Positions 1-11,680 of a DNA stretch of 64,000 bases are shown here, in pieces. The position numbers and the translations under genes are program-made. This DNA is from Burkholderiales bacterium. GTDB taxonomy: Bacteria > Pseudomonadota > Gammaproteobacteria > Burkholderiales > SG8-39. The notes under the pieces are model-generated. The model saw nothing but the letters and a program-made list of their open reading frames with translations, had not been told where the DNA came from and made no database searches. The stretch spans positions 155,870 through 219,869 of the forward strand of contig CBDIHI010000007.1 of assembly GCA_965279075.1 (NCBI GenBank), given 5' to 3'. The first letter of the stretch is position 1; each line of letters opens with the position of its first letter.

Positions 1-18
1 GCAATGACAGATTCTTGC

Positions 19-44
19 AAATCCCGACTGGGCGGGATTTTGTT
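19..44 (+). terminator. Hairpin (aaatcccg / cgggattt) running into a T-rich tail. Probably the intrinsic terminator of a + strand gene lying upstream of the window.
   Basis: The inverted repeat was read directly and is followed by tttTgttg. No partner gene is visible in the window. Confidence 0.4.
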
Positions 45-93
45 GCGTAGCAACGACGCGATCGGACAGCCGGATAAATCTCGAAAACCGATG

Positions 94-1521
94 TCAGGCT
101 GCTGCTGCGCCTTCCGCTGAGCGCAAGTGGACGCCCTGTTTTACGAGCGCCTGCTGCAACTCGCGCACGTCGATAGCGCGCGGCGCGAGTCCGCGGTTCG
201 CGGCAACCGCTGCGGCGGTCCCCGCAGCCTGCCCGGTCACCCAGCACTGCGGGATCTCGCGCAGGAACGAATGCGAAGTCGGGTCGCAGGAGATGTGACG
301 CCCGCAGGCGAGCAGCCCGTCGAGCGATTCCGGGACGAGGCTGCCATAGGGAATCGAGATCGCAGGAAACTTGGGCGACAGGCACGGCGAGACGCCGATT
401 TCGTCAGCGTGGACGCGGCCCGTGGGCCATTGCGTGCGCTCGACGCGGGACACGCCCGCCAGGCGGCGTGCGTGTCGCACGCCGAGTTGCGGTGCGCCGT
501 AGAGCAGGTGAGCCTGCTCGAATCCGGGTGCGTGCGCGCGATAGAAATCGAGGTGCTGCGCCATCAGTTCCCGCGAGCGGACTTCCACTTCGGTCAGGTC
601 GTCGACGTCGAGCGCCGAGAATCCCGACTGGCGCGGGCCCATGTAGAGCGCGATGTCGTTACGCCAGGATACGAAGGGTTTTTCGAAAAAACGCAGCCGC
701 TCGCGGCCGAGCTGCATGAACTGCGCGAACTGTTCCGGCCGGGCGGCCTTGAATTCGATCCAGCGCGTCATGTCGACGCCGCCGAACAGCCAGGATGTGT
801 TCATGCAGTGGTGGATGTCCGACTCCTCGATGTCGGTTTCGCTGCGCGCGCCCGCCATCGCATGCAGGTCGCCGTCGCCGGTGGCGTCCACGACGACCTT
901 CGCCCTGACGGCCTGGCGTCCCGACTTGCTCTCGAAGATCGCGCCGCGGACCGCGCCGTCCTCGACGAGCGGCGCCGCGATCCATGCGTGGTGGACGAGA
1001 TGGACTTTCCTCTCGAGCAGCAATTGCTGGGACAGCAGCTTGAGCCGCTCGGGATCGATGGTCGGCGACCACGTGACCACGCCGTGGAACGCGCTTGTCC
1101 TGTGCGACCAGTAGGCCGCGCGTGCCGGGTCGCGCGAACCCCATTCCTCCCGGCCGGGACCGGCGACCGCGTCCCCGGGCAGCCGCTCGAAGACTTCGTC
1201 CGCGAACCCGCGGATCACGAGGCTCCCGTCCCAGTCGGTCATGCGGTCGATCCAGATCACGAGGCCGCCCGTCGACAGGCCGCCCAGGTGGTTGTAGCGC
1301 TCAAGCAGCACCACGTCGGCTCCCATGCGCGCGGCCGCGGCCGCGGCCGCCGTGCCGGCCGGCCCGCCGCCGGCCACCAGCACGTCGCATTCGCGGTATA
1401 CGGGGATGTCACGTGCGGCCTCGCGCACGGTCCCGAGGTCGGGCCGCCGGCGCGCGCCGCCTTCCCTGCCCCGGAACATGTCCGACACGAAGAACTGCTC
1501 GTCGGGATTCTTCGTTGCCAT
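94..1521 (-). CDS. FAD-dependent oxidoreductase
   Basis: 475-aa ORF with an N-terminal dinucleotide-binding motif (DVLVAGGGPAGTAAA...LLE). A GGAGG sits 5 nt before the ATG. The competing + strand ORFs are Arg/Pro-rich artefacts. Confidence 0.8.
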   Translation of the reverse strand: MATKNPDEQFFVSDMFRGREGGARRRPDLGTVREAARDIPVYRECDVLVAGGGPAGTAAAAAAARMGADVVLLERYNHLGGLSTGGLVIWIDRMTDWDGSLVIRGFADEVFERLPGDAVAGPGREEWGSRDPARAAYWSHRTSAFHGVVTWSPTIDPERLKLLSQQLLLERKVHLVHHAWIAAPLVEDGAVRGAIFESKSGRQAVRAKVVVDATGDGDLHAMAGARSETDIEESDIHHCMNTSWLFGGVDMTRWIEFKAARPEQFAQFMQLGRERLRFFEKPFVSWRNDIALYMGPRQSGFSALDVDDLTEVEVRSRELMAQHLDFYRAHAPGFEQAHLLYGAPQLGVRHARRLAGVSRVERTQWPTGRVHADEIGVSPCLSPKFPAISIPYGSLVPESLDGLLACGRHISCDPTSHSFLREIPQCWVTGQAAGTAAAVAANRGLAPRAIDVRELQQALVKQGVHLRSAEGAAAA

Positions 1522-1666
1522 GCCTGCCTCCGCGCTTGTAGGGTCACTGCTCCGGGGGCTCGCCCCGGCCGACCGATTCTAGACCAGCGACCTTGCGCAC
1601 ACCCGGCCAAACGCGGAACATCCTGCTTTGCGAAACATCCGCGCGATCGCGCCTGTCGGGACCCCC

Positions 1667-3268
1667 ATGATCAATACCAGCTATGCGCGGCGCGGCATCG
1701 CCGTAGCCTCCCATTCGCTCGCCGCACAATCGGCGTCGGGCGTGCTCCGCGAAGGCGGCAATGCGATCGAGGCGATGGTCGCCGCGGCGGCGACCATCGC
1801 GGTGGTGTACCCGCACATGACTGGCATCGGGGGAGACGCGTTCTGGCTCATCGCGACGCCCGGCGCGGACCCCGTGGCGATCGACGCCTGCGGGCCCGCT
1901 GCGGCGGCGGCCTCCATCGCGTACTACGCCGGCCAGGGGCTGAAGGCCATCCCCCCGCGCGGCCCGCTGGCTGCGAACACGGTGGCGGGCACGATCGCTG
2001 GTTGGGACTGCGCGCTGGCCTACTCGAAGGAGAAGTTCGGCGGCCGCTTGCCGCTTTCGCGCCTGCTGGCCGACGCCATCTATTACGCCGGCAGCGGCGT
2101 GCCGGTCACCGTCAGCCAGGAACTCAATACCGCCGGCAAGCGCGCCGAACTCGAAAATCTACCGGGATTCGCCGAGCGCTTCATGCCGGGCGGCAGGGTG
2201 CCGGTGCGGGGTTCGCTGTTCGCCCAGAAGTCGCTGGCGGCGACGATGCAACGGCTGGCGGACGCGGGCCTCGCGGACTTCTACCGCGGCGACGTGGCAC
2301 GCTCGATGGCGAAGGACCTGGCTGCGGCGGGCAGCCCCCTCACGCTCGCCGACCTCGAAGGTTATGCGGCCAGGGTCGTGGTGCCGCTGAAGCTGGCGCA
2401 CTCCACCGGCACGCTGTACAACATGACGCCGCCGACGCAGGGCGTCATCTCGCTCGCGATCCTAGGCATCCTGGACCGGCTGGGCCTGGCGAAGCTCGAG
2501 CCTGACAGCGCCGACCACGTGCACGCCGTGGTGGAGGCGACCAAGCAGGCGTTCCTCGGCATCCGCGACAAGTACGTCACCGATCCCGCGCACATGAAGG
2601 TCGAGCCGCAATCCCTGCTCGATGACGCGGCGCTCAAGGCGCTCGCCGCCGGCATCGACCTCAAGAAGGCGAAGCCGTGGGGCGGCAAGTCCAAGCCCGG
2701 CGGGACGATCTGGATGGGCGTGATCGACGGCGAGGGCCGCGCGGTCAGCTTCATCCAGAGCATCTACCACGAGTTCGGCTCGGGCCTGGTGCTCCCCGGG
2801 ACGCACGTCAACTGGCAGAACCGCGGCTGCAGCTTCTCGCTCGACGAAGCCGCGGTGAACAGCCTGCGCCCGGGAAAGAAGCCGTTCCATACGCTGAATC
2901 CGGCGCTTGCGCGCCTGCGCGACGGCCGGACCATGGTGTACGGGACCATGGGCGGGGACGGCCAGCCGCAGACCCAGGCCGCGGTGTTCACGCGCTACGC
3001 GGTGTTCAACCAGCCGGTACAGCAGGCAGTGAGCGCGCCGCGCTGGCTGCTGGGACGGACGTGGGGCTCGGTGTCCGAAACGCTGAAGCTCGAGGCGCGG
3101 CTCGGGGCCGCGCTGATCCAGGACCTGAAAGCGCGCGGCCATGACGTTGAAGTACTGGGGGATTTCGAGGAGACGATGGGACATGCGGGCGCGCTGGTGC
3201 GCCATCCCAACGGGGCCCTCGAGGGCGGGTTCGACCCTCGCGGGGACGGGGCCGTGGCGGGATTCTGA
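1667..3268 (+). CDS. ggt: Gamma-glutamyltransferase family protein
   Basis: GGT-like blocks are present: NAIEAMVAAAATIAVVYPHMTGIGGD, and PGGTIWMGVIDGEG with the autoprocessing Thr. The start is placed at the ATG (MINTSY), which I prefer to the upstream TTG at 1628. Confidence 0.85.
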   Translation: MINTSYARRGIAVASHSLAAQSASGVLREGGNAIEAMVAAAATIAVVYPHMTGIGGDAFWLIATPGADPVAIDACGPAAAAASIAYYAGQGLKAIPPRGPLAANTVAGTIAGWDCALAYSKEKFGGRLPLSRLLADAIYYAGSGVPVTVSQELNTAGKRAELENLPGFAERFMPGGRVPVRGSLFAQKSLAATMQRLADAGLADFYRGDVARSMAKDLAAAGSPLTLADLEGYAARVVVPLKLAHSTGTLYNMTPPTQGVISLAILGILDRLGLAKLEPDSADHVHAVVEATKQAFLGIRDKYVTDPAHMKVEPQSLLDDAALKALAAGIDLKKAKPWGGKSKPGGTIWMGVIDGEGRAVSFIQSIYHEFGSGLVLPGTHVNWQNRGCSFSLDEAAVNSLRPGKKPFHTLNPALARLRDGRTMVYGTMGGDGQPQTQAAVFTRYAVFNQPVQQAVSAPRWLLGRTWGSVSETLKLEARLGAALIQDLKARGHDVEVLGDFEETMGHAGALVRHPNGALEGGFDPRGDGAVAGF

Positions 3269-3327
3269 CGGGTGGAAACTGCGCGCCACATGGGTTACAG
3301 TTTTGCCCACAAGGCGGGGGAAAAAGA

Positions 3328-3564
3328 ATGTACGCGATAGTCTACAAATCCGATGGTTTTCCGATCTGTCGCCAGGTCGACGGCGTGTCCCCGGACCCGG
3401 TCGTGACCTGGAACACCGAAGCCGAGGCGAAAGCCTTCATCACCTCGAAGGGCGGCGAGGCGGACTTCCAGGCCGTCGCCATCGTCGACGACTCAATGGA
3501 CCAGATTGCGAAGGCGATGGGCTGCCCTGTCGAGTCGCTGACTTTCGATCCCTATCCCGGCTGA
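3328..3564 (+). CDS. Hypothetical 78-aa protein
   Basis: Clean ORF preceded by a purine-rich stretch (GGGGGAAAAAGA). No recognisable family. Its stop lies 6 nt from the panC stop (convergent). Confidence 0.4.
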   Translation: MYAIVYKSDGFPICRQVDGVSPDPVVTWNTEAEAKAFITSKGGEADFQAVAIVDDSMDQIAKAMGCPVESLTFDPYPG

Positions 3565-3570
3565 CGCCGG

Positions 3571-5205
<1,635 letters not shown>

Positions 5206-5841
5206 TCAGCCGCCGCTGTTGAAGAATTCGCGACGGCTGCGCATTGTAGCGATGCGGTGCAGCAGCAGGTCGAGGTCCGCTTCGCGCTCGACGAAATTCA
5301 GGTTCTCGGAATTCACGATCAGCACCGGTGCGGCCGTGTAGTGGTAGAAAAAGCGGGTGTAGGTCTCGGCGAGCAGCGCGAGGTAGTCCTCGCCCACCTC
5401 CCTCTCGTATGCGACCCCGCGCCGGCGGACGCGCTCGACGAGCGTGTCGGGCTGGGCCTGCAGGTAGACCACGAGGTCGGGCAGCGGCGAGCGCGGCTTC
5501 AGGGTCTCGAAGATGCGGTCGTACAGGGCGAGTTCGTCGCCTGACAGCGTGATGCGTGCGAACAGCGGGTCCTTGTCGAGCAGGAAATCCGACACCGTGA
5601 CCCGGCTGAACAGGTCCGTCTGCGCGAGCGGCTCGAGCTGCTTGGCGCGCTGGAACAGGAAGAACAACTGGGTGGGCAGCGCGAAACGCGCCATGTCCTC
5701 GTAGAAGCGCGGCAGGAACGGGTTGTCCATCGGCTGCTCGAGCAACAGCCCCGCCGACAGCCGGCCCGCGAGCTTCCTCGCGAGGCTTGTCTTGCCGACG
5801 CCGATCGGCCCCTCGACGACGATGTACCTGAGGTTATCCAC
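5206..5841 (-). CDS. Deoxynucleoside kinase family protein
   Basis: P-loop [10 protein letters not shown] and dNK-like blocks (FLFQR, DFLLDKD..F). Confidence 0.85.
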   Translation of the reverse strand: MDNLRYIVVEGPIGVGKTSLARKLAGRLSAGLLLEQPMDNPFLPRFYEDMARFALPTQLFFLFQRAKQLEPLAQTDLFSRVTVSDFLLDKDPLFARITLSGDELALYDRIFETLKPRSPLPDLVVYLQAQPDTLVERVRRRGVAYEREVGEDYLALLAETYTRFFYHYTAAPVLIVNSENLNFVEREADLDLLLHRIATMRSRREFFNSGG

Positions 5842-6181
5842 GGAAGATGAAGTAGACCGCGCCGAGGATGCAGAGGGCCGCCCACAGGTAGTCCCATTTC
5901 AGCGGCTGCTGCATGTAGAAGTAGGCGAAAGGCACGAACACGGCCAGCGTCACGACCTCCTGCAGGATCTTCAGCTGCCCGAGGGACATCGTCGTGTAGC
6001 CCAGTCGGTTGGCCGGCACCTGGATCAGGTACTCGAACAGCGCGATCCCCCACGAGGCGAGCGCCGCGACGTACCAGGGCTTGGCCGACAGGTCCTTGAG
6101 GTGCGCGTACCAGGCGAAGGTCATGAACACGTTCGACGCGGCCAGCATCAGGGCCGTCAGCGCGATGGTCTGGGCCTGCAT
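5834..6181 (-). CDS. Small DMT-superfamily (DUF486-like) membrane protein
   Basis: 115 aa with four hydrophobic segments. It abuts the folK stop and overlaps the dNK start by 8 nt. Confidence 0.7.
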   Translation of the reverse strand: MQAQTIALTALMLAASNVFMTFAWYAHLKDLSAKPWYVAALASWGIALFEYLIQVPANRLGYTTMSLGQLKILQEVVTLAVFVPFAYFYMQQPLKWDYLWAALCILGAVYFIFRG

Positions 6182-6664
6182 TCAGGCGATCCTCTCGCAG
6201 GGCTGGCCGGCGACCGCGGCGAGGAGGTCCACCGCCGCGCCGCGCCCCGGGATCCGGGCGTGGGGATCGATCTCCAGCAGGGGCTTCAGCACGAACGCCC
6301 GCTCGTGCATGCGGGGGTGCGGCAGCGTGAGCCGCGGTGTGTCGCGCACCTCGTCGCCGTACGCGAGCAGGTCGAGGTCGAGCGTACGCGGCGCGTTCGC
6401 GAAACTGCGTGCGCGGCCGTGGGCCGTCTCGACCTTCTGCAGTTCGTCGAGCAGTTCGTCGGCCGTCAGTTCACTCTCCACGCAAGCCACGGCGTTCACG
6501 AATTCGGGCTGGTCCGCGTATCCGACCGGTGCGGAGCGCCACAGGGAAGACCGGGCCACGAGCGCGCTGCGCGGCAGGCGCGCCAGTTCGTCGAACGCAC
6601 GCCGTACCTGCCCGCGCGGGTCGTCCAGGTTGGCGCCGAGGCCGATGAAGGCGCTGACTTTCAA
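6182..6664 (-). CDS. folK: 2-amino-4-hydroxy-6-hydroxymethyldihydropteridine diphosphokinase
   Basis: HPPK blocks are present (AFIGLGANL, PRTLDLDLL, LPHPRMHERAFVL). I infer a TTG start (LKVSAF) 5 nt after the pcnB stop. The longer track ORF would overlap pcnB. Confidence 0.85.
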   Translation of the reverse strand: MKVSAFIGLGANLDDPRGQVRRAFDELARLPRSALVARSSLWRSAPVGYADQPEFVNAVACVESELTADELLDELQKVETAHGRARSFANAPRTLDLDLLAYGDEVRDTPRLTLPHPRMHERAFVLKPLLEIDPHARIPGRGAAVDLLAAVAGQPCERIA

Positions 6665-6671
6665 GCCGGCC

Positions 6672-8018
6672 TCAGCCCGTCGGGTCCGCCGCGCTGTCGC
6701 TTGAAGGACCCTGCGAGCCGTCGGCGGGCTTTTTGCGCCGGCGCCGGCGCCGCGGCTTGGGACCCGCGTCCGCGGTGAGCATGGCCTGGCGGGTCTCGTC
6801 GTCGGCGAACTGGAAAGACCGCCACCAGATCTCCAGTTCCTCCGGCACCTCGCCGCTCGCGGCGCGCAGCGCGAGGAAATCGTAGGCCATGCGAAACCGC
6901 GGGGATTCAATCAGCCTGAAGGGGCGCTGCCCGGAGCGCTGCTCGAACCGCGGCTGCATGGTCCACACTTCGCGCATTGTTGCGGTGAGCTTGCGGGTGA
7001 TGGCCAGCTTCTCGCACTGGGTCTCGAGCACCTCGTCCATCGCCGCTTCGAGGGCGAGGGCGGGCCGCTCGCCCTTCTTCTCGCGCGCCTTGGAAGCCGC
7101 CAGCACTTCGTGCCAGAGCAGCGCGGCGAACAGGAATGCGGGCGACACGGAACGCTCTGTCTTGATCCGCTCGTCGGTCTGGGCGAGGGCCAGCGTGACG
7201 AACCGCTCGCCGAGGGGCTGGTCGAGGATCACGTCGAGCAGCGGCAGCAGGCCCTGCGAGAGCCCTTCGTCGCGCAGCCGCCGCACGCATGCGCTGGCGT
7301 GGCCCGACAGTAGGAGCTTCAGCATTTCGTCGAACAGGCGGGCGGGCGGCACGTTGCCGATCAGCGGAGCCATCTTCTTGATCGGCGCGCGGGAACCCGA
7401 CTCGATGGACAGCCCTAGCTTCGCGGCGAGCCGCACCGCGCGCAGCATCCGGACCGGGTCCTCGCGGTAGCGGACGGCGGGGTCGCCGATCACGCGCATC
7501 GTGCGCTTCTTGAGGTCGGCGAGGCCCTCGTGGTAGTCGATCACTTCCTCGGTGGCGGGGTCGTAGTACAGCGCATTCACCGAGAAGTCGCGGCGCAGCG
7601 CGTCCTCTTCCTGCGTGCCGAACACGTTGTCGCGCAGCACGCGGCCGTGTTCGTCCTTCTGCGCATCGGCCGACTCGGCGGCCCGGAAAGTCGAGACCTC
7701 GACCGTCTCCTGGCCGATGATGACGTGCACGATCCGGAAGCGCCGCCCGATCAGCAGCGCGCGGCGGAACAGCGGCTTCACCTCTTCAGGGCGGGCGTCC
7801 GTCGCCACGTCGTAGTCCTTGGGGGTGGCGCCCAGCAGGAGGTCGCGCACGGCACCCCCGACAACGTAGGCGGAGAACCCCGCCTCCTGCAGGCCGTTGC
7901 ACACCTTGAGCGCGGCCGGGCTGATCCGGTTGCGCTCGATGCCGTGCTTGGCGCGCGGGACGCGCTGCGGGCCGGCGGCCTTGAGCCCCAGCACCTTGCG
8001 AATGAACTTCTTGATCAT
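6672..8018 (-). CDS. pcnB: Poly(A) polymerase I
   Basis: Carries GGAVRDLLLG..PKDYDVAT and RFRIVHV blocks, with a basic C-terminal tail. Confidence 0.95.
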   Translation of the reverse strand: MIKKFIRKVLGLKAAGPQRVPRAKHGIERNRISPAALKVCNGLQEAGFSAYVVGGAVRDLLLGATPKDYDVATDARPEEVKPLFRRALLIGRRFRIVHVIIGQETVEVSTFRAAESADAQKDEHGRVLRDNVFGTQEEDALRRDFSVNALYYDPATEEVIDYHEGLADLKKRTMRVIGDPAVRYREDPVRMLRAVRLAAKLGLSIESGSRAPIKKMAPLIGNVPPARLFDEMLKLLLSGHASACVRRLRDEGLSQGLLPLLDVILDQPLGERFVTLALAQTDERIKTERSVSPAFLFAALLWHEVLAASKAREKKGERPALALEAAMDEVLETQCEKLAITRKLTATMREVWTMQPRFEQRSGQRPFRLIESPRFRMAYDFLALRAASGEVPEELEIWWRSFQFADDETRQAMLTADAGPKPRRRRRRKKPADGSQGPSSDSAADPTG

Positions 8019-8030
8019 GCCTCCAGGATC

Positions 8031-8705
8031 TTATCTCAGCGATATCACCGGCCAGCCGCGGCGGGCCGCCTCGGCGGCCAGCGTCGCGTCGGGGTCGACG
8101 GCCACCGGCTGTTTTACCAGAGAAAGCAGCGGCAGGTCGTTTTGCGAGTCGCTGTAGAACGTGCTACGCGAAAATCCCTCGAGCGGGCTGCCCAGCGACA
8201 CCAGCCAGGCCCGGACCCGCTCGATCTTGCCCTCCCGGAAGCACGGGGTGCCCGCCACCCGCCCGGTGAACCGTCCCCCGGACTGCTCCGGCTCGGTGGC
8301 GACCAGGTGCGGGATGCCGAATTCGCGGGCGATCGGCGCCGTCACGAAGCTGTTCGTCGCCGTGACCACGGCGCACAGGTCGCCCGCATCGAGGTGCCGG
8401 CGGACGAGGTCCACGGCCTGCGCCCCGATCATCGGGCGGATGCGGGCCTGCATGAAGTCGGCGTGCCAGCGCGCGAGGTCCTCGGGCGTGTGCTTCGCCA
8501 GCGGGCCGAGGGCGAACTGCAGGTACTCGTGGATGTCGAGGGTGCCGGCCTTGTACTGCTCGAAGAAGGCGTCGTTCTGCGCCTCGTACTCGTCGCGGTC
8601 GAGCACGCCCCGGTCGATCAGGAATTGGCCCCACTCGTAGTCGCTGTCGCCCGCAAGCAGCGTGTTGTCGAGGTCGAACAGCGCGAGTTGCCCGGCCCCG
8701 CTCAT
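8031..8705 (-). CDS. HAD-IB family hydrolase/phosphatase
   Basis: Motif I is ALFDLDNTL. The sequence has a SerB/HAD-IB-like layout. Confidence 0.85.
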   Translation of the reverse strand: MSGAGQLALFDLDNTLLAGDSDYEWGQFLIDRGVLDRDEYEAQNDAFFEQYKAGTLDIHEYLQFALGPLAKHTPEDLARWHADFMQARIRPMIGAQAVDLVRRHLDAGDLCAVVTATNSFVTAPIAREFGIPHLVATEPEQSGGRFTGRVAGTPCFREGKIERVRAWLVSLGSPLEGFSRSTFYSDSQNDLPLLSLVKQPVAVDPDATLAAEAARRGWPVISLR

Positions 8706-9328
8706 TGCATCGCCCCGAGCGCCTCGCGCACCAGCGGCAGCGTCAGCGGGCGCTGGCGCGAAAGGGAATAGTCGTCCAGGTGGGCGAGGATCGCGACCAG
8801 GGTAGGGAGGTCCCGCCGGACGTGGGTCAGCAGGTAGGCCACGACCTCGTCGTTGATCCGCAGGCCGCGCCGGGCCGCTTCCTCGCGCAGGTAGGTCGCC
8901 TTCTCGAGGTCGGTCAGCGTGTGCACCTGGTAGACGAGGCCCCAGGCGAGCCGGCTCTTCAGGTCCTCGCGCAGCGCGAGTTGCGCGGGCGGCGCGGTGC
9001 CTGACGCGAGCACGGCAGGGCGCGGTACGCGGCCGGGTTCACGCGCTTCGTTGATGCGGTTGAACAGCGCTACCTGGCCCGCCTCGTCCAGCGCGTCGGC
9101 GTCGTCGGCGACAACGAGGCGCCCCGGGTCCGCGGCGGCGCGCAGCGTGGCCTGCAGGAGGTGCGAGCGGCCGGAGCCGCGGCTGCCCCACAGGTAGAAG
9201 ACCGTCTCGGCAAGGTGTCCCGCGGCGAGGTCCTTCAGCCGGGCGACGAGTTCCTCGTTCCGGCCGGTGACGAATCCCTCGAATGCGGGCTCGGGCGGCG
9301 GAGAGATCCCGAGGACCAGCTGGCGCAT
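8702..9328 (-). CDS. hda: DnaA regulatory inactivator Hda
   Basis: The 208-aa C-terminal part of the track ORF starts at MRQLVLG. It has the degenerate Walker A LWGSRGSGRSHLL and a DnaA-domain-III-like layout, and sits in the conserved perM-hda/purM neighbourhood. Confidence 0.85.
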   Translation of the reverse strand: MRQLVLGISPPPEPAFEGFVTGRNEELVARLKDLAAGHLAETVFYLWGSRGSGRSHLLQATLRAAADPGRLVVADDADALDEAGQVALFNRINEAREPGRVPRPAVLASGTAPPAQLALREDLKSRLAWGLVYQVHTLTDLEKATYLREEAARRGLRINDEVVAYLLTHVRRDLPTLVAILAHLDDYSLSRQRPLTLPLVREALGAMQ

Positions 9329-9330
9329 GG

Positions 9331-10425
9331 TCACTGCCTGTCTTCCCCGCGCGAGGGATCGGTGTCGCGCCCGTAGAGCGGGCTGGCGAGGTAGGCCGCG
9401 CCCAGGTGGCGCATGCCGACGAGCAGCGCGGCGCTCGCGGGCAGCGCCAGGAGCACGCCGAAAAAGCCGAACACCTGGCCGAAGGCGAGCAGCGCGAAGA
9501 TCACCGCGACCGGGTGCAGGCCGATGCGCTTGCCCACCAGCATAGGGGTGACCAGCATGCCTTCGAGGGCCTGGCCCGCGCCGAACGCGACCCAGACGAA
9601 CAGCACGCCGGTGAAACTGTCGAACTGCAGGAGCGCGGCGACGGTGCCGAGCACGGTGCCGATGAACGCGCCCACGTAGGGGATGAACACCAGCCCGCCG
9701 GTGATGATGCCGATCGGCAGCGCGAAATCGAGGCCGGCAATCCACAGCGCGCCGGAGTAGAAGGCGACCATGACGACGATGACGAGCAACTGCCCGCGAA
9801 GGAACTCGGCCAGCACCGCGTCGATCTCGCCGGCGATGCCGGCGACCTGCGCGCGGCGCTGCCGCGGGATCATGCGGTCGATGCGCGCGATGAGGTCGTT
9901 CCAGTCGCGCAGCAGGTAGAACAGCACGACCGGCACCAGCAGCAGGTTCACCAGGAACCCGAGCAGGGCCAGCCCGCCGATCTGCAGCGACCCCAGGATC
10001 TGCGACACGAGGCCCTTGTTGGTCTGCAGCAGCTGGGTGAGGAAAAGCTTGGCCGACTCGAGGTCGAAGATGATCGACACGCCCATGTGGGCCTGCATCA
10101 GCGGCGCCACGTTGTTGTTCAGCCAGGTGAGGAAGTCCGGCAGGCGCTCGAACATCATGCGCGCTTCCTTGTAGAAGAGCGGCAGGACCACCAGCAGGAG
10201 CGCGCCGACCACGATGGCCGTGAGCAGGATCGCCGCAACCACCGCGAGCGAACGGCCCAGGGTGGCGGAAAGGCGGTTTACGAGCGGGTTGAGCACATAG
10301 GCGATGATCGCCCCCGCCAGGAAGGGCGCGAGGATGGGCGAGAGCAGCCAGACCAGCCATCCGCCGATCGACGCAATGACAAGCCACGCCCACATGCGCG
10401 GATTCGCGAAGCCAAGCCCATTCAT
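9331..10425 (-). CDS. AI-2E family transporter (PerM-like permease)
   Basis: 364-aa polytopic membrane protein with the typical PerM/YdiK-like pattern. Confidence 0.85.
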   Translation of the reverse strand: MNGLGFANPRMWAWLVIASIGGWLVWLLSPILAPFLAGAIIAYVLNPLVNRLSATLGRSLAVVAAILLTAIVVGALLLVVLPLFYKEARMMFERLPDFLTWLNNNVAPLMQAHMGVSIIFDLESAKLFLTQLLQTNKGLVSQILGSLQIGGLALLGFLVNLLLVPVVLFYLLRDWNDLIARIDRMIPRQRRAQVAGIAGEIDAVLAEFLRGQLLVIVVMVAFYSGALWIAGLDFALPIGIITGGLVFIPYVGAFIGTVLGTVAALLQFDSFTGVLFVWVAFGAGQALEGMLVTPMLVGKRIGLHPVAVIFALLAFGQVFGFFGVLLALPASAALLVGMRHLGAAYLASPLYGRDTDPSRGEDRQ

Positions 10426-10514
10426 TTGACGTAAAATTCGGGGAGGAAAAGACGGATTGCCTGTGCCGTCACTTTACCACGCGCCTCGCGGCGCACCTGC
10501 CCCCAGTTTCCACG

Positions 10515-11543
10515 ATGAGCAAAGGCCTTTCCTACCGCGACGCCGGTGTCGACATCGACGCGGGCGACGCCCTTGTAGAGACCATCAAGCCGTACGCGCG
10601 CCGCACGATGCGGCCCGAGGTCCTCGCCGGGATCGGCGGCTTCGGCGCGCTGATGGAGATCCCGAAGAAATACCGCCAGCCGGTGCTCGTCTCGGGCACC
10701 GACGGCGTGGGCACCAAGCTGAAGCTCGCCTTCGCGCTGGGCCGCCACGACACGGTCGGCATCGACCTCGTCGCGATGAGCGTCAACGACGTGCTGGTGC
10801 AGGGTGCGGAGCCGCTCTTCTTCCTCGACTATTTCGCCTGCGGCAAGCTCGACAACGCGGTCGCCGCCGACGTCATCAAGGGCATTGCGCAGGGCTGCGA
10901 ATATGCCGGCTGCGCGCTGATCGGCGGCGAGACGGCCGAAATGCCGGGGATGTACCCGGCTGGTGAGTACGATCTGGCGGGGTTCTGCGTGGGCGTGGTG
11001 GAGAAGGAAAGCATCATCACCGGGAAGACGATCGTGCCGGGTGATGTTGTGCTCGGCCTTGCCTCAAGCGGCGCGCATTCCAATGGTTACTCGCTCGTGC
11101 GCAAGATCCTCGAGCGCGCCAAGCCGGATTTGAAAGCAGACTTCCACGGCCGGCCTTTGGAAGACGTCCTGATCGAACCGACGCGCATCTACGTGAAGTC
11201 CGCATTGGCCCTGATGCATGCGCTGCCGGTCAAGGGTCTCGCGCACATCACGGGCGGCGGCATCACCGGCAACGTGCCGCGCGTGCTGCCCGAGGGTACG
11301 CGCGCGGTGATCGACGGCAAGTCCTGGCCGCGGCCGCCGCTGTTCGACTGGCTGAAGTCCGAGGGCGGCGTGGCCGAGGACGAGATGCACCGCGTCTTCA
11401 ACTGCGGCATCGGCATGGTGATCGTCGTCGCGAAGGAATACGCGGCGCAGGCGATGAAGTTGCTGGCGGACGCGGGCGAGACGGTGTGGGAGATCGGGCG
11501 CATCGAGAAGCACGAGGGCGGCGAGCAGACGGTGGTCGTCTAG
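10515..11543 (+). CDS. purM: Phosphoribosylformylglycinamidine cyclo-ligase
   Basis: Carries [21 protein letters not shown] and DYFA blocks. Confidence 0.97.
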   Translation: MSKGLSYRDAGVDIDAGDALVETIKPYARRTMRPEVLAGIGGFGALMEIPKKYRQPVLVSGTDGVGTKLKLAFALGRHDTVGIDLVAMSVNDVLVQGAEPLFFLDYFACGKLDNAVAADVIKGIAQGCEYAGCALIGGETAEMPGMYPAGEYDLAGFCVGVVEKESIITGKTIVPGDVVLGLASSGAHSNGYSLVRKILERAKPDLKADFHGRPLEDVLIEPTRIYVKSALALMHALPVKGLAHITGGGITGNVPRVLPEGTRAVIDGKSWPRPPLFDWLKSEGGVAEDEMHRVFNCGIGMVIVVAKEYAAQAMKLLADAGETVWEIGRIEKHEGGEQTVVV

Positions 11544-11680
11544 CGTAGCGGCGGTCGCCGGTCGGCCCTGTCCATGGGCCAATTCTTGAAGATTCTATTC
11601 GTAAACACAAGTACAGGAGCCGCTCTCCTGCCAGTTGGTGTATTGGTAAAGGTACATTCTCCTCTGAACCGGCCCTTCGC

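Noticed and set aside
127-2505. 792-aa + strand ORF spanning the FAD oxidoreductase (antisense) and the ggt 5' region
   Set aside because: Its Arg/Ala/Gly/Pro-dominated composition is typical of off-frame or antisense translation of GC-rich DNA. It overlaps two ORFs with clear family motifs, and no motif is recognisable.
3224-3240. GGGTTCGACCC string resembling a tRNA T-arm
   Set aside because: It lies within the ggt coding frame (G-G-F-D-P). No acceptor, D or anticodon arms can be drawn around it. A similar string near 33771 lies inside the GST gene.
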